DNA of 63,974 bases, counting the filler, from Octopus bimaculoides (lineage: Eukaryota): NCBI RefSeq assembly GCF_001194135.2. It is 5 parts of 4 records of this genome, joined end to end, with 100 filler letters (N's around TTAATTAATTAA, not from the genome) between each part and the next. Parts side by side here need not be neighbours in the genome. Positions count along the whole stretch, not along the records: positions 1 to 30,911 come from NC_068993.1; 4 more parts are not named here. The stretch is one strand, 5' to 3'. Numbering within the stretch: position 1 is the stretch's first letter; every line of letters starts with the position of its first letter. The position numbers and the translations under genes are program-made. Below the pieces are notes generated by a model. The model was not told where the DNA came from. It saw nothing but the letters and a program-made list of their open reading frames with translations, and did no database searches. Below, in pieces: positions 1-11,097 of the stretch.

Positions 1-237
1 TGGCTTGTGCGGGTGGCACATAAAAGACACCATTTCGAGCGTGGCCGTTTTCGTGCGGGTGACACGTAAAAGCACCCACTACACTCTCTGAGTGGTTGGC
101 GTTAGGAAGGGCATCCAGCTGTAGAAACTCTGCCAAATCAGACTGGAGCCTGGTGTTGCCATCCGGTTTCACCAGTCCTCAGTCAAATCGTCCAACCCAT
201 GCTAGCATGGAAAGCGGACGTTAAACGATGATGATGA
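1..237 (+). mobile_element. SINE, 3' portion ending in (GAT)n
   Basis: GGCGTTAGGAAGGGCATCCAGCTGTAGAAAC body and GCTAGCATGGAAAGCGGACGTTAAACGATGATGATGA tail; CpGs intact; the 5' head lies outside the window. Confidence 0.65.
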
Positions 238-689
238 CACCTCATGAAATAATCTTCACTGATTGGATTTACTGGATTTCATCTACACAGAACTCTATAT
301 TACATTCCTACATTTTGGTTTACAATGTAATTTGTAGCCTGGTCCATTAAAGGAGCTTTTTGTGATTACCAGCAGATTATATAAATCCATATATTGTGCA
401 TAATATATATGATGGTTGTCTACTCCTTATGCAAAGTTTGACAATCTCTCGTACTTATACCTTAGATCTATCATGGCATCAGATGTGGCTTTTTAAACCA
501 GACAATATTTTGAAAAGACACCCACAAAAATTGCATATCTGCTTTGGACTACCAAGAGCTGCAGTTAAGTTCTGATCTTTGTGGATCTTAAAATGTCTTT
601 TGAGGCCTCTGTTAAATTTGCAGACCTTATGGCATACATGGCATTGACAGTTATGCACAGGAAGGTTGGAAAAATAGTTGGGGGAAGTT

Positions 690-1205
690 CGTTTTTCATG
701 GGTTCACAAATGAGATTTGAGCCTAGCAAAAGAAAGACATGGTCTGTCATAAATTGTGCACATACAAAGGTGGTTGAGAAACATTTTCTCGTTGATCGCA
801 GCAGTTTTCTTTAAATTTCTTCTGAGTTTTTCATGGGTCATCCTGGTTTCTTCAAAAGCTTTCCACTCCACTACACACTTATGCTTGCCATCCAGCTCAG
901 TCTGAAGCAAGGGTTTTTATAGCCATTTGATCTATTCCAAGTGACTTTATGTTAGTCCTTTTACAGTCCTTAAACCTCTTTTGGGGTTACACTCATTGCA
1001 ATTTCCCTTCTGCAAGTTTGCCATAAAACAACTGTTTGGGTATGCATTCATCCATCATTCGAACAATGTGGCCAAACCATCTCATTTGATTTTTCAAGAT
1101 CATTGATTTTAGTGAACTGATGCCTGCAGATGCAAAGACATCTGAGTCTGGGGTCAAAATGTCACATTTGATGTTTAAAATGTAGCTAAGACATTTTTGG
1201 TGGAA
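690..1205 (-). mobile_element. RTE-clade (BovB-like) LINE, 3' ORF fragment
   Basis: Minus strand reads HQKCLSYILNIK...QMRWFGHIVRMMDECIPKQLFYGKLAEGK...PQKRFKD and ends in a decayed zinc finger (IYDRPCLSFARLKSHL), with in-frame stops. Confidence 0.75.
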
Positions 1206-1232
1206 CTATTCTAACAAACAAACAAACATTAT

Positions 1233-1291
1233 AAGGCAATGCCCCAGCATGGCCACAATCAGATGACTGAAATAAGTAGAAGAGTAAAAGA
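1233..1291 (+). mobile_element. Isolated SINE/LINE 3' tail
   Basis: AAGGCAATGCCCCAGCATGGCCAC...ATGACTGAAATAAGTAGAAGAGTAAAAGA matches the tails at 8930-8990 and 54620-54668. Confidence 0.55.
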
Positions 1292-1638
1292 ATATATATA
1301 TAGCATATGGTATAAATATAAACAGGGCAAATTTTTAGCCATTTCTCTGCAGACTAAAAAATGATGAACAATGTTAATCAATTTTCGAACCTTATTGGGT
1401 TCTCATCAGAGGCGTCTACATCATTCTGACAGTCTCCAGAGAAACAAGCAACCAAACTGTTAACATACTTAACAAATGCAGCAGTGGTTATGGTATGTTC
1501 TGTTAAGAATGTAGTAGAGTACAGTTTAAAGATCATCCACTTTCAGATTTACTCTGTGCTATCCAGTAGTAGTATTATATGTACTTCTAAGTTTGCGTTT
1601 AGGTATCTGTCATGCGTGAATAGATAATTGAAAAAATT

Positions 1639-1737
1639 GGAGTCAACAGGAAGAAGTACGGTTGGACATTTATTTTTTAATCACTACAATAGTTTCCATG
1701 CAATGTAGTTCTCCTGGAGAACTACACTGTTGACTCC
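1639..1737. repeat. Small nested inverted repeat (MITE-like remnant)
   Basis: GGAGTCAACAG (1639-1649) and CTGTTGACTCC (1727-1737) enclose the hairpin TGTAGTTCTC-CTG-GAGAACTACA. Confidence 0.7.
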
Positions 1738-1784
1738 ATTTTTTTCAATTTTATATATATATATATATATATATTAGTCAACAG

Positions 1785-1967
1785 ATGCAATCAAGAGAAT
1801 TTCAATACAGAAAACACTTAATAGTGCTCAAATGATTTGAATTTACACTCTGATATCTTCACCAACGAACAAATCACCAGAGTAAATAGATGCTACAAGA
1901 GGAATCCAAGTGAGCAGATATGAGGACAATGATTCAAATAAACAGATAAAACCTTGGGTTTTAATAT

Positions 1968-2007
<40 letters not shown>

Positions 2008-3320
2008 AAAAGAGAAGGCAGATTCAAAATTTTGAGATGATAAACAATCAAGTATAAACATATATATATTTTTATAGAGCAAACTTACTCAGATCAGACA
2101 GACTCAAAGAATTAGAGGGGAGAAGGCATTACAAGTCCAACAGCTGTTTCTGAGGGTTTGGCAGATGTAGCTGATCAAAAATTTTCAGCTGGTAATGGAA
2201 GCAAACAAACATCAGTAAATTCCAGAACATCCTCTATCAGGATGGATACATAAGAGTCTAACATTTTAAGTCATTATGCACAGAAATTTAAAGGTAGAAT
2301 AGGTATAGTAGGAGGCAAAGAAGTGGTAGTGGTAGGAGGAAGTAGGTGGCTAGATGGGAGTATGTGGAGTGTTGGAGCAAGGGAAGGAAGAAGAGGTCAG
2401 AGTCATGTCAAGATAATGGAGGGGGGGGGGGTAAATGCATAGGGTACTGAGAGAGTTAGTATTAGTAGTAAAAGTGGAGAATTGGAAGAAAAATGGGAGG
2501 TGTAGCATGTGGTATTTGAAGGGTGATCAATGCTGCTGGGTTTATGAATAGATGTTAAAAATTTAGTGTAGTGGTCAATATAATTAAAGGAAGTTCAGAT
2601 AGTGAGTGGAAATGGGGGAGCAAATATCAAGTGAGGGAAAGGGTCAATCACATTCTAGTAGGATGGCAAAAGGGAAATTTCAGGAATGAAGATGGTATGG
2701 CAATGGAAAGTGAGTAATTTTGGTTGAAGAGGAAAGGAGATGGAGGAATTGAATTCAAAGAATGAAGACAGAGGTGGCTGTAAGGGGGATGTGCTGGGTA
2801 GGAGGTTATTAAAGGTAATAATAAGAAGGCATCTTTAGTAGGTTTATGTTATTAGTGTGAACAAGTTGTAACTACATGTTTATTGTAGCTAAAGTTAATT
2901 GTAGTTAGGGAATCACATAGATTTCATGAAATGTGTTTACATGAAAGGATTACATCTAAGAATCTATTAAGTAATGAGGAGTTGTGGTTGCAAAGGATGG
3001 TGAGTGATTCCCTTAAACACAATTTACAAATGATAAGGTTGGTGTTGTAAGGGGGAGCTTCACTGACGATAGACCAGGTTAGTGTATAGGGAATATTTTG
3101 TGATTTGAGGTTGTGCATATAAGTTGCTAAAGAGGTAGATAATTTAGAAGCTGGATTGGAGAAAGAGTTCGTATGTGCTTGGTAGCATCGCTTGAAATCA
3201 ACAGTGTTGCCTATATAGACCCTTGCTCGGTAGGAGCATGGTATTACTACTCGACATTTGTAGACTACATTTTTACATAGACAGAAGCCTCCAAGAGGGC
3301 TGAGTTGGGAAACCTGGCAT
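1785..3320 (-). mobile_element. Penelope-like element 3' fragment (GIY-YIG endonuclease pseudogene plus 3' region)
   Basis: Minus strand ~3315-2925 reads CKCQ..SPLGGFCLCKNVVYKCRV...RVYIGNTVDFKRCYQAHTNSF...LATYMHNLK...WSIV...CKLCLRE...LLN...CKH. A degenerate hammerhead-like motif lies at 2135-2244. Confidence 0.8.
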
Positions 3321-3429
3321 TTGCACCATAAGAATTTATGAATGATTTAGAAAATCACAAATGCGTATACATAAAAATTAATATAGACAGCAGTATGCAA
3401 GGTTTACTCTAATTCTATTTTTTGTGATC

Positions 3430-3770
3430 AACCAAGAAACATCAAGCAAAACTCACAAAGTTCAATGAAATTCATTTGAAACTGCAAAGAAATGAGGTTA
3501 AACCATATCTAGGTAAAATCAGCCCTCTCCATGTTTCTGTCCAAATCAAAGATTTTCATATGTAGACTAAGTCGTTATGAGTTCTTCCAGTTTCATAGCC
3601 TCTCTGAATTGAAGAAGGAAAAGTGCTACATACCAGAAGATTACATTCAAGTGTGTTGTTCACACCTGGATGAGCTGCACAGAGACATGTCTCACAAACT
3701 TCAGGATATTTATTTTTGCTTAAAATACCAGTGTGAGTGATTCCTAAATATCAGTAATGTGTAAACAAGA
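3430..3770 (+). pseudogene. Probable hAT (Charlie-like) transposase fragment
   Basis: Decayed frames resemble the C-terminal part of hAT transposases (HLDELHRDMSHKLQD); many frameshifts. Confidence 0.35.
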
Positions 3771-3864
3771 ATAGTGGTGTAAGAACTGGTTTCACTTTAA
3801 AATGATAGCGAGCTGAGGCATATAAGGGATGTTCATTAAAGATTTCCTCTGGCCCACTTCTGGG

Positions 3865-4047
3865 AACAGTGAGTAAAAATCTTGAGAAGTACATGGAACA
3901 AATAGGGGCGGCAATAAGGGTGGAGCACTTGCAGAAAACAGCACTGCTTGAATGGTGCTCAAAAAATAAGGGGTGTTACCTTAGTTCACTGCTAGTGAAC
4001 AGCTGGCACCATTGTACATCTCCAGCATTAGAAGCTGTGCAAAGACA
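3865..4047 (+). mobile_element. R4/Dong-type LINE, extreme 3' end
   Basis: LGTVSKNLEKYMEQIGAAIRVEHLQKTALL followed by a 3' UTR nearly identical to the reverse complement of 11098-11200, then (AAT)n. Confidence 0.8.
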
Positions 4048-4056
4048 ATAAATAAT

Positions 4057-4253
4057 AATAATAATCCTTTCTACTATACAAACAAGGCCTGAAATTTTGA
4101 GGGGAGAGGTTAAGTCGATTCCATCAACCCCAGTACTAACTGGTACTTATTTTACTGACTCCAAAAGGATGAAAGGCAAAGTCAAACTCAGTGGCATTTG
4201 AACCAAGAAGATAAAGATGGACGAAATGCTGTTAAACATTTTGCCAGCTTGCC
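4057..4253 (-). mobile_element. tRNA-derived SINE (family A, ATT tail)
   Basis: Reverse complement contains the family A core TTTGCCTTTCATCCTTTTGGAGTCAGTAAAATAAGTACCAG and an (ATT)n tail; CpG-depleted copy. Confidence 0.8.
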
Positions 4254-4289
<36 letters not shown>

Positions 4290-4299
4290 NNNNNNNNNN

Positions 4300-4340
<41 letters not shown>
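4254..4340. repeat. (AAT)n microsatellite containing a small gap
   Basis: Direct read. Confidence 0.95.
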
Positions 4341-4342
<2 letters not shown>

Positions 4343-5912
4343 GAAAACAGCAATGTTTTACGAAAAGAACAAAAAAGGTGCCAGAGAGGGATGTATGGCT
4401 ATAAGAAGCAACTTCTGATAAGGAGGAGTGTAAGAGAAAGACAAACCTGAATGTTGCTTCGGTTGATAACCAGAAAGAATTCGACAGTGTTCTACACTCT
4501 TGGATACCGGAATCTCTGCACAAACAAAGTAGCTCCAACACTACCAAAATATATTAAACATGCAATGGAAAACCAGTATAAGACTTTCCAAGAAGACTCA
4601 CTGTCAACCCTGCTTTTCTGCCTTTCTTTGGTACTGCTTACAAACTCATCAAACAAGACCACCATGGGTTATAGATGCTATGGATGAACAATAAACCATC
4701 TGTAAATAAATGACTTAAAAATTTTTGCTAAAAGCACCAAGGAACAAAGAAACCTTCTCAAAATTGTCCATAGTTTCAGCAAGGACATCAGAATGAATAT
4801 GCGGCTAGACAAATGTGCCAATGTCACACTGAGAAGAGACAAATTAATCAGTACTGAAAACACTGCACTTGACATAGACACAGAGATCAGAGAATTAGAC
4901 CACAATCGCCCATACAAATATCTAGGAATAGAGAAAATAACTAAAATACAATGCACAGAAATGAAAGAGAAAATTAGGAAAAGTTAGACTAATATTAAAC
5001 ACTAAACTTAATACTAAAAATAAGATAATAGGGATAAACATGCTAGCCATACCAGTCACAAATTTCAACTTCAACATAATAAACTGGAAGATTAGTGAAT
5101 TGAGAAACCTAGACAGAAAAACCAGAAAACTAATAACGGCATAGCAAAGTCACCACCTCAAAGCAGACACAGACAGAATACATCTACCCCACTCAGGAGG
5201 CCAAGGCCTGATACAAATAGAAAGCTATTATAAAATAACAACAGTTGGACTAGAAAAGTACTTAGAAACAAAAAGTGGAAGACTACAACATGTAATAAAG
5301 CAACATGAGAAAAAGAAAACTTTTTTCTCTATACACAAGGAGGTGACAAAATACAGAACAAAAACAAACTACATTGATAAACTGACTTCATGTGACAACA
5401 TAGCAGAAATGGTCAAAGAGACAAGAAACAATATGAGAACAATAAAAGATACTCAAAAATGGAGAGAAAAAAATCACTGCATGGCCAATAACCTGCAAGG
5501 CTTGACAGAGAAGTGAGCCTAAGTAAAAGCCAACAATGACTCAAAAGCTCTGGACTAAAAGCTGAAATAGAAAGACTGATTCTCACTGCACAAGACCAAT
5601 TGTGGAATTATAAAAGCAAAATAATGACAACAGGCCCTAACACCAAATGCAGAATGTGCAACCAGCACAATGAGACAGTTGACCACATCATCTATGGCTG
5701 CCCAGTCCTGGCCAAATCTGAATACATGTACAGACATGACTGGGTAAGTAGTTATATCCACTGGACAATATTCCAACACTACAATATTAAAACTGACAAT
5801 AAATGGTATAAAAAAGTGCCAAGCAAGGTACAAGACAATGACCAGGCCACAATCATGTGGGATATGCTGCTTCAAACTGACAAAGAAATAAAAACGACAT
5901 AATAATCAAGGA

Positions 5913-6850
5913 TTGGTCACTGTTATCTATGACATCGTTCATGCGTTTATACTGGTTTTAGCTTTAGGGTGTTAGGGTGTTAGGGTTCGGGTTTTAGAGT
6001 TAGGGTTAGGGTTTTAGGGTCAGGGTTAGAGATAGGGTTTTAGAGTTACGGTTAGGGTTAGGGTTTTAGGGTTAGGTGAGGGTTTTTTTCAGCTACTATT
6101 TTCGGAAAGACATTTTTGCCCTCCTCCTGCAATTTCTTCATTTTTCTGTAACTCTAACCCTAAAACCCCAACCCTAACCCTAACTATAAAACCCTAACCT
6201 TAATCCTAAAACCCTAACCCTAATTTTAAAACCCTAACCCTAACTCTAAAACCCTAACCCTGACCCTAAAACCCTAACCCTAACTCTGAAACCCGAACCC
6301 TGACCCTAAAACTCTAAAGCTAAAACCAGTACAAACGCATGAAAGATGTCATAAATAACAGTGACAAACGAAATATATACTGCCAATAGTTGTTGTTGAC
6401 AAACAATGGCAGTAATTTTATTCAAGGGAAAAGATCCCAAAATAGGCAATTTCGAAAACGCTAAAACAAAACGAAAATACTTCCACAAACAAAATAAACT
6501 GAAAAAATCTAAAAAATAACTAATAACTGAATTGATTAAACTATATACACGTGTATGTCAAATGTAAATATATCAGAAATAACAGTGACAAAGTAAATTT
6601 ACACTGCCAGAACGTCTTGTTGACAAAGCACAGCAGTAATTGTTTTCACTTCAATAGATGTCATTGATTGGTTGAAATTACCGAAATACGATGACTTTAA
6701 CATGAAATAACTTCGAAAATAAAGAATTTTCTCAAAAACGCCAAGAGTAAATGATGTTTTAAATGACACATTCTACCAGTATACAAAATTTGAAAGTGTT
6801 TAGTTACAAAAAATTATTTTTTCTATGTGCCGGCCAAAAGGAAAAGATCC
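5913..6850. mobile_element. Non-autonomous TIR element carrying telomeric repeats (left end deleted)
   Basis: Interrupts the LINE frame; right end ...GGAAAAGATCC; the subterminal GATGTTTTAAATGACACATTCTACCAG matches the reverse complement of ~27960-27987; no TSD recoverable. Confidence 0.7.
5915..6367. repeat. Inverted repeat: unique arm + (TTAGGG)n-like array, spacer, (CCCTAA)n-like array + unique arm
   Basis: G-rich array ~5957-6085, C-rich array ~6150-6325 with a 20-bp unit (CTAAAACCCTAACCCTAACT). The outer ~45-bp arms GTCACTGTTATCTATGACATCGTTCATGCGTTTATACTGG and CCAGTACAAACGCATGAAAGATGTCATAAATAACAGTGAC are reverse complements with a few mismatches. Confidence 0.9.
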
Positions 6851-7384
6851 AACACCTGCTTACTAATAAACCTTGCAGTCCTTTCTAATCAAAATATTGT
6901 CCAAAAAGAAGTAGAGAAATAATCGAAGTATAAAGACCTCGAAATTGAAGTATTCAAGATGTGGAACATGAAGGTGAAAACAATACCAATAATAACTGGG
7001 CATGATAAAAAGAAAAACGTAAGAAAAATGTAGAAGTTGTACCTGCATCCTCAACACTACACACTATCCAAAAAATAGCCCTGCTAGGAACAGCCCACAT
7101 CCTATGCAAGACCCTATCAATTCAATAATACAACCTAAACAAAACAATCCACAGACACAAGACACACTCTATACAGCAACTGTCCAATGAAATAAACTTC
7201 CACCAGCAAACTATGAGACCAATGCATTACACACTCAACACACAATACAAACAGTAATATAACAAAAGGCTGCACCACACCTCAAGAGAAAGAGAAACTG
7301 ACACAATACAATACCAGGAAGAGTTTGCACACTCCTAATAACAGAAAAAACACACAATAACGTTTTAACAAAATAATAATGATG

Positions 7385-8020
7385 CACCCTGCTGATATAG
7401 AACTTCTAGAGCTAATTAAGGAACTCCAGCCATCCAAGATCTCCCTGAACACAAAAGCAAGTGCCTTCTCTAGTTTTCACTCTTTGATTTACAAAGTCAT
7501 ACTTAAGAGTGAACCCATCTACTCTATTGTCTCCATTTTGATAGGATCCAAACTTATGGTAGCGGCACTATCTATATACACTGACATGGGACTTCCAGTT
7601 CCCCGTTCAAAACAGATGCTTCAAGAGCCAGCATGTGCAAAAGAGATGAGAGCAACCAGCCCTGATGGACCATGTGTGTGATGCAAAATGTTTCCAGGAG
7701 GCAAACATTTCATTTGGCCACCAAGTGTCTTTATGCATTGCAATGATCCATCCTCTAGATACAATTCAAACCCAGCTGATTTCAGGATGGTTCCCATGTG
7801 ATGATGGTCAACCCTATCAATAGCTTTCAACTGATCCAAATTGATCAGGAGCCCACTGGAGCCAGTTTTGATCCCCACCTTCTCTATGATGTATCACATA
7901 AGGTGGTGACTGTCATAGATGGATCTGTTCAGGATTGCACACATTTGTGCTTCCCATGCTAGACCACTACTGGAAAGCACCAAGCTTCTTCTAATACCTT
8001 GACCAAAATCTTAAAACTCT
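7385..8020 (-). pseudogene. L1/Tx1-clade LINE reverse transcriptase fragment
   Basis: KILVKVL...LINLDQLKAIDRVDHHHMGTILKSAGF on the minus strand, with internal deletions. Confidence 0.65.
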
Positions 8021-8579
8021 GTGTTTAGTAGAGCTTTGGACTAAATATGTTCCATGATGTCACTTTTATATGTGTGTATGTTTGTGTATATGCATATATG
8101 CATTTATATCTGTGTCTTTGTATGTCCATATGAATACATATATATGTGAGTCTCTATATATATTTAAATGTGTATTGATCTGTGTGTATGAGTGTGGATC
8201 AAGTGTGTGGATAAAGAAGAGTGTGCGTGTGAAAGATGTCCATATTATGATGAGTGATTAATGTACCTCCTGAAAACCATTTTGTCTGCAATAGTCTTGG
8301 TGTCTTTCTTTAATTTGTCCTTTAGTCAACCAACAGCTCTTGAACAGACCTACTTCTTTAAATATTTGTATCACAAATTTAAAACTCCAATAGCTTAAAT
8401 TAGTAGGCTATGTCATGGTTGACTAAGTTTAAATAACACCTGATAAGGTTGGATATTTATGTAATATGATATAATTTGTTATGACTACATTAAATAAATT
8501 TCTACCAAAAATAATTGTCATGAATTTAAACCTCTATTCATCTGTTATTTGTTTTATACAAATATGTAAATGTATATAT

Positions 8580-8990
8580 AGGTGCAGGTATGGCTGTGGG
8601 ATAAGAAGCTTGTTTCCCAACCACATGGTTATAAGCTCAGTCACACTGTGTGGCACCTTGGACAAGTGTCTTCTACTATATCCTCAGACCAACCAAAGCC
8701 TTGTGAGTGGATTTGGAAGACAGAAAGTGAAAAAAGCCCATTGTATATATATATATCTATGTGTGTCTGTATTTGTCTGTCCCCCTGCCCCACCACTTGA
8801 CAACTGGTCTTGGTGTTTACACCCCCATAACTTAGCAGTTCAGCAAAAGATATCAATAGAATATGTACCAGGCTTAATAAAATATAAAAAATGAGTACTG
8901 GGGCTGAATGCTTTTGACTAAAGATTAATCAAGGCAGTGCCCCAGCATGGTTACAGATTAATGACTGAAACAGGTAAAAGATAAAAGATA
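8580..8990 (+). mobile_element. Full-length tRNA-derived SINE (family B, CORE-like middle)
   Basis: tRNA-like head, GGCACCTTGGACAAGTGTC segment, internal (TA)n, tail GGCAGTGCCCCAGCATGG...ATGACTGAAACAGGTAAAAGATAAAAGA. Confidence 0.8.
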
Positions 8991-9119
8991 CAAGGTGTGA
9001 AGGGTGTTTGTTTACAATTTTCAGCTGCTAATTTTACACATATTTTTTTACTTTCATAGTTGATCTTTTTTTTTTCTTTTTAGAAACAATAACAATTTTT
9101 GCATTTTAATTTTTTTGCA

Positions 9120-10272
9120 GAATAATTGACTGTGGAAAATTTTGAACCCTATCCCACCTCCAACTTGTGGAAGAGGCATGGAGTCCTCCTTGGAATCTAT
9201 GCTGGAAGGACAAATGAGGAGATTTCAGCAGAATGATGATGGAAAAAGTCAGAAAGTAGCTGGAAGATTCAAGGCAACAGCAGAGAATTAAAACCTACAA
9301 TTGATGGTCTGATGTTATTAGAACACCAGAATTTGTCAATGAAATCCAGATCATCGACAATAATCCCAGAAAGTTGATGTGTGCCATTGCAAGGGAGAAA
9401 GGTGTGGAAAAAAGCTTATCAGTCTGATGGTGTATTAGGACATTTGCTACTTTTCATACAAGATGGGGAAGGGACAATTTCTATCAAAGGTGATGCAGGA
9501 AAAACAACTCAAGTACACCAAAAGGGTGATCAACAAGCTGAAACAACCACTGGAGCCAGACATGCTTTGGTTCTCTGATGAAAAATTTTCTGTCAAGATC
9601 AGCAGATTAACTCCCAGAGCAACAAGTGGCTCACTGTCTTGCCCAAGGACATACCCAAATTCAGGCTGATGAAATTTCCAGTGATAATCATGGTCTTTGG
9701 AGTTGTCAGCAGTGAAAGTGATGTCATTGTCACCCCACTTCTTTGAGAGCCTCAGGTTAAACACCAGTGACTACATTTGTGTTCTGAGCAAAATGGTGAA
9801 GTCCTGATTGACCAGATAGTTGCAGGGAGGCTGTATGTGTGGTAGCAAGACTCTGTGCCCTGCCACACCAGCTGGAAGATTCAGGCCTCACTGTCAGAGA
9901 ATTTCTTTGATCGCATAGCACCTGACATTTGGTTTCCCAACTTGCTTGACTGCAACCACCTTAACTTCTTTGTGTGGGCATCGTAAAACGAGAGATCAAA
10001 TCCAACTGCAACATGAAGGACAAGCTGAGGGCCAGGACTACCAGGGCCTTCAGGGCCCTAAAATGGGAGATAGTGATGAAGGTCTGTGGCTGGTTCTGAG
10101 ATTACCTAGCAGCTGTCATTAAGGTCAAAGCAAGTTTAATGAGTGAGGTCAACAGAAAATGTCATGAAGACAAACTGACCCATATTTGATGAATACATCT
10201 CAGAAAATAAAATCACAGTTTTATTTTTTCCTGAGACAACCATCATGCAAGCAATTACCATCTGCATCCTGC
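9120..10272 (+). mobile_element. Decayed Tc1/mariner-superfamily transposon (maT/DD37D-like)
   Basis: Frames give RTPEFVNEIQ, INKLKQPLEPDMLWFSDEKF, MVFGVVSSE, WQQDS-like and WFPNLLDCNHLNFFVW (a WPPNSPD-like box); many stops. Confidence 0.8.
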
Positions 10273-10834
10273 ATAGTTGAATAAAATTTGGGTAAAAACC
10301 ATGTAGTGTGCTACACAGAGCGCAATCACAGGTATTCCCACTGTACGATAACTAAATATTATCATACGGTTAGAATACTCCTATCACTGGATATATATCT
10401 AGAATTCCATAATATCAATAGAGTTTTTACAAGGGCGTGAGAGTTCTTTTGTGTTTGTTTCTTTGTTTTTACATTTTGTATTTTGATTACTTTTTCATTA
10501 TATCTACGAGTTTAGTTCTGTTTGCAAATTGATGAAAATAGCAAACTGTTTTGGGTATTCATTCTTGTAAGTTGCAGAACACAGCTGGGAGAGAGCACTT
10601 GCTATCAGTAGCTAGAGTAATTTTGGCTCTGAGAGATACTTTCACTGACCTTAGGTGACAATATTCATGTTAGGATATGTATCACATATTTGTATACTAC
10701 TACTACTACTACCATTTTATTTTTCATTTGATTTCTGTGTAGCACAACTAAAAATGTTTTGTTGCTTGTCCCTATAATATCCTCTCACATGTGACCCTTC
10801 TGGTAATATTAATGAAACAAATTATTATATTAGG

Positions 10835-11070
10835 GCAATAAATTTGTAGAATCATTAGAGTGTTAGAAAAAAATGCTTAGCAGTATTTCTTCTGGCTCTA
10901 GATTCTGAGTTCAAATCTTGTTGAGGTCAACTTTGTCTTCCATTCTTTCAAAAATAAAAAATAAAGTACCAGTTAAGTACTGAGGTCAATGTAATCAACT
11001 TACCCCCCCCCCGCCCTCAAAATTGCTGGCCTTGTGCCAAATAGTGAAACCATTATTATTATTGTTATTA
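10835..11070 (+). mobile_element. tRNA-derived SINE (family A)
   Basis: AGAATCATTAG head, GAGTTCAAAT B-box, AAAGTACCAGTTAAGTACTGAGGTCAATGTAATCAACTT, (ATT)n tail. Confidence 0.8.
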
Positions 11071-11097
11071 TCATTGTCTTTATTATTATTATCATTG

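Larger units (their letters stand above)
4345..7381 (+). mobile_element. 5'-truncated R4/Dong-type LINE (RT plus restriction-like endonuclease), split by an insertion at ~5913-6850
   Basis: RT motifs (NQKEFDSVLHSW, DDL-like, YKYLGI), CCHC finger CRMC...ETVDHIIYGCPVLAK, RHD motif. The frame stops at DIIIKD (~5912) and resumes at 6851 with NTCLLINLAV...KYKDLEIE...QKIALLGTAHIL; ends in AATAATAAT. Confidence 0.85.

Noticed and set aside
5957-6325. True chromosome fusion or telomere
   Set aside because: It sits inside a TIR-family insertion that splits a LINE frame, and related arrays occur in two other copies in this window.
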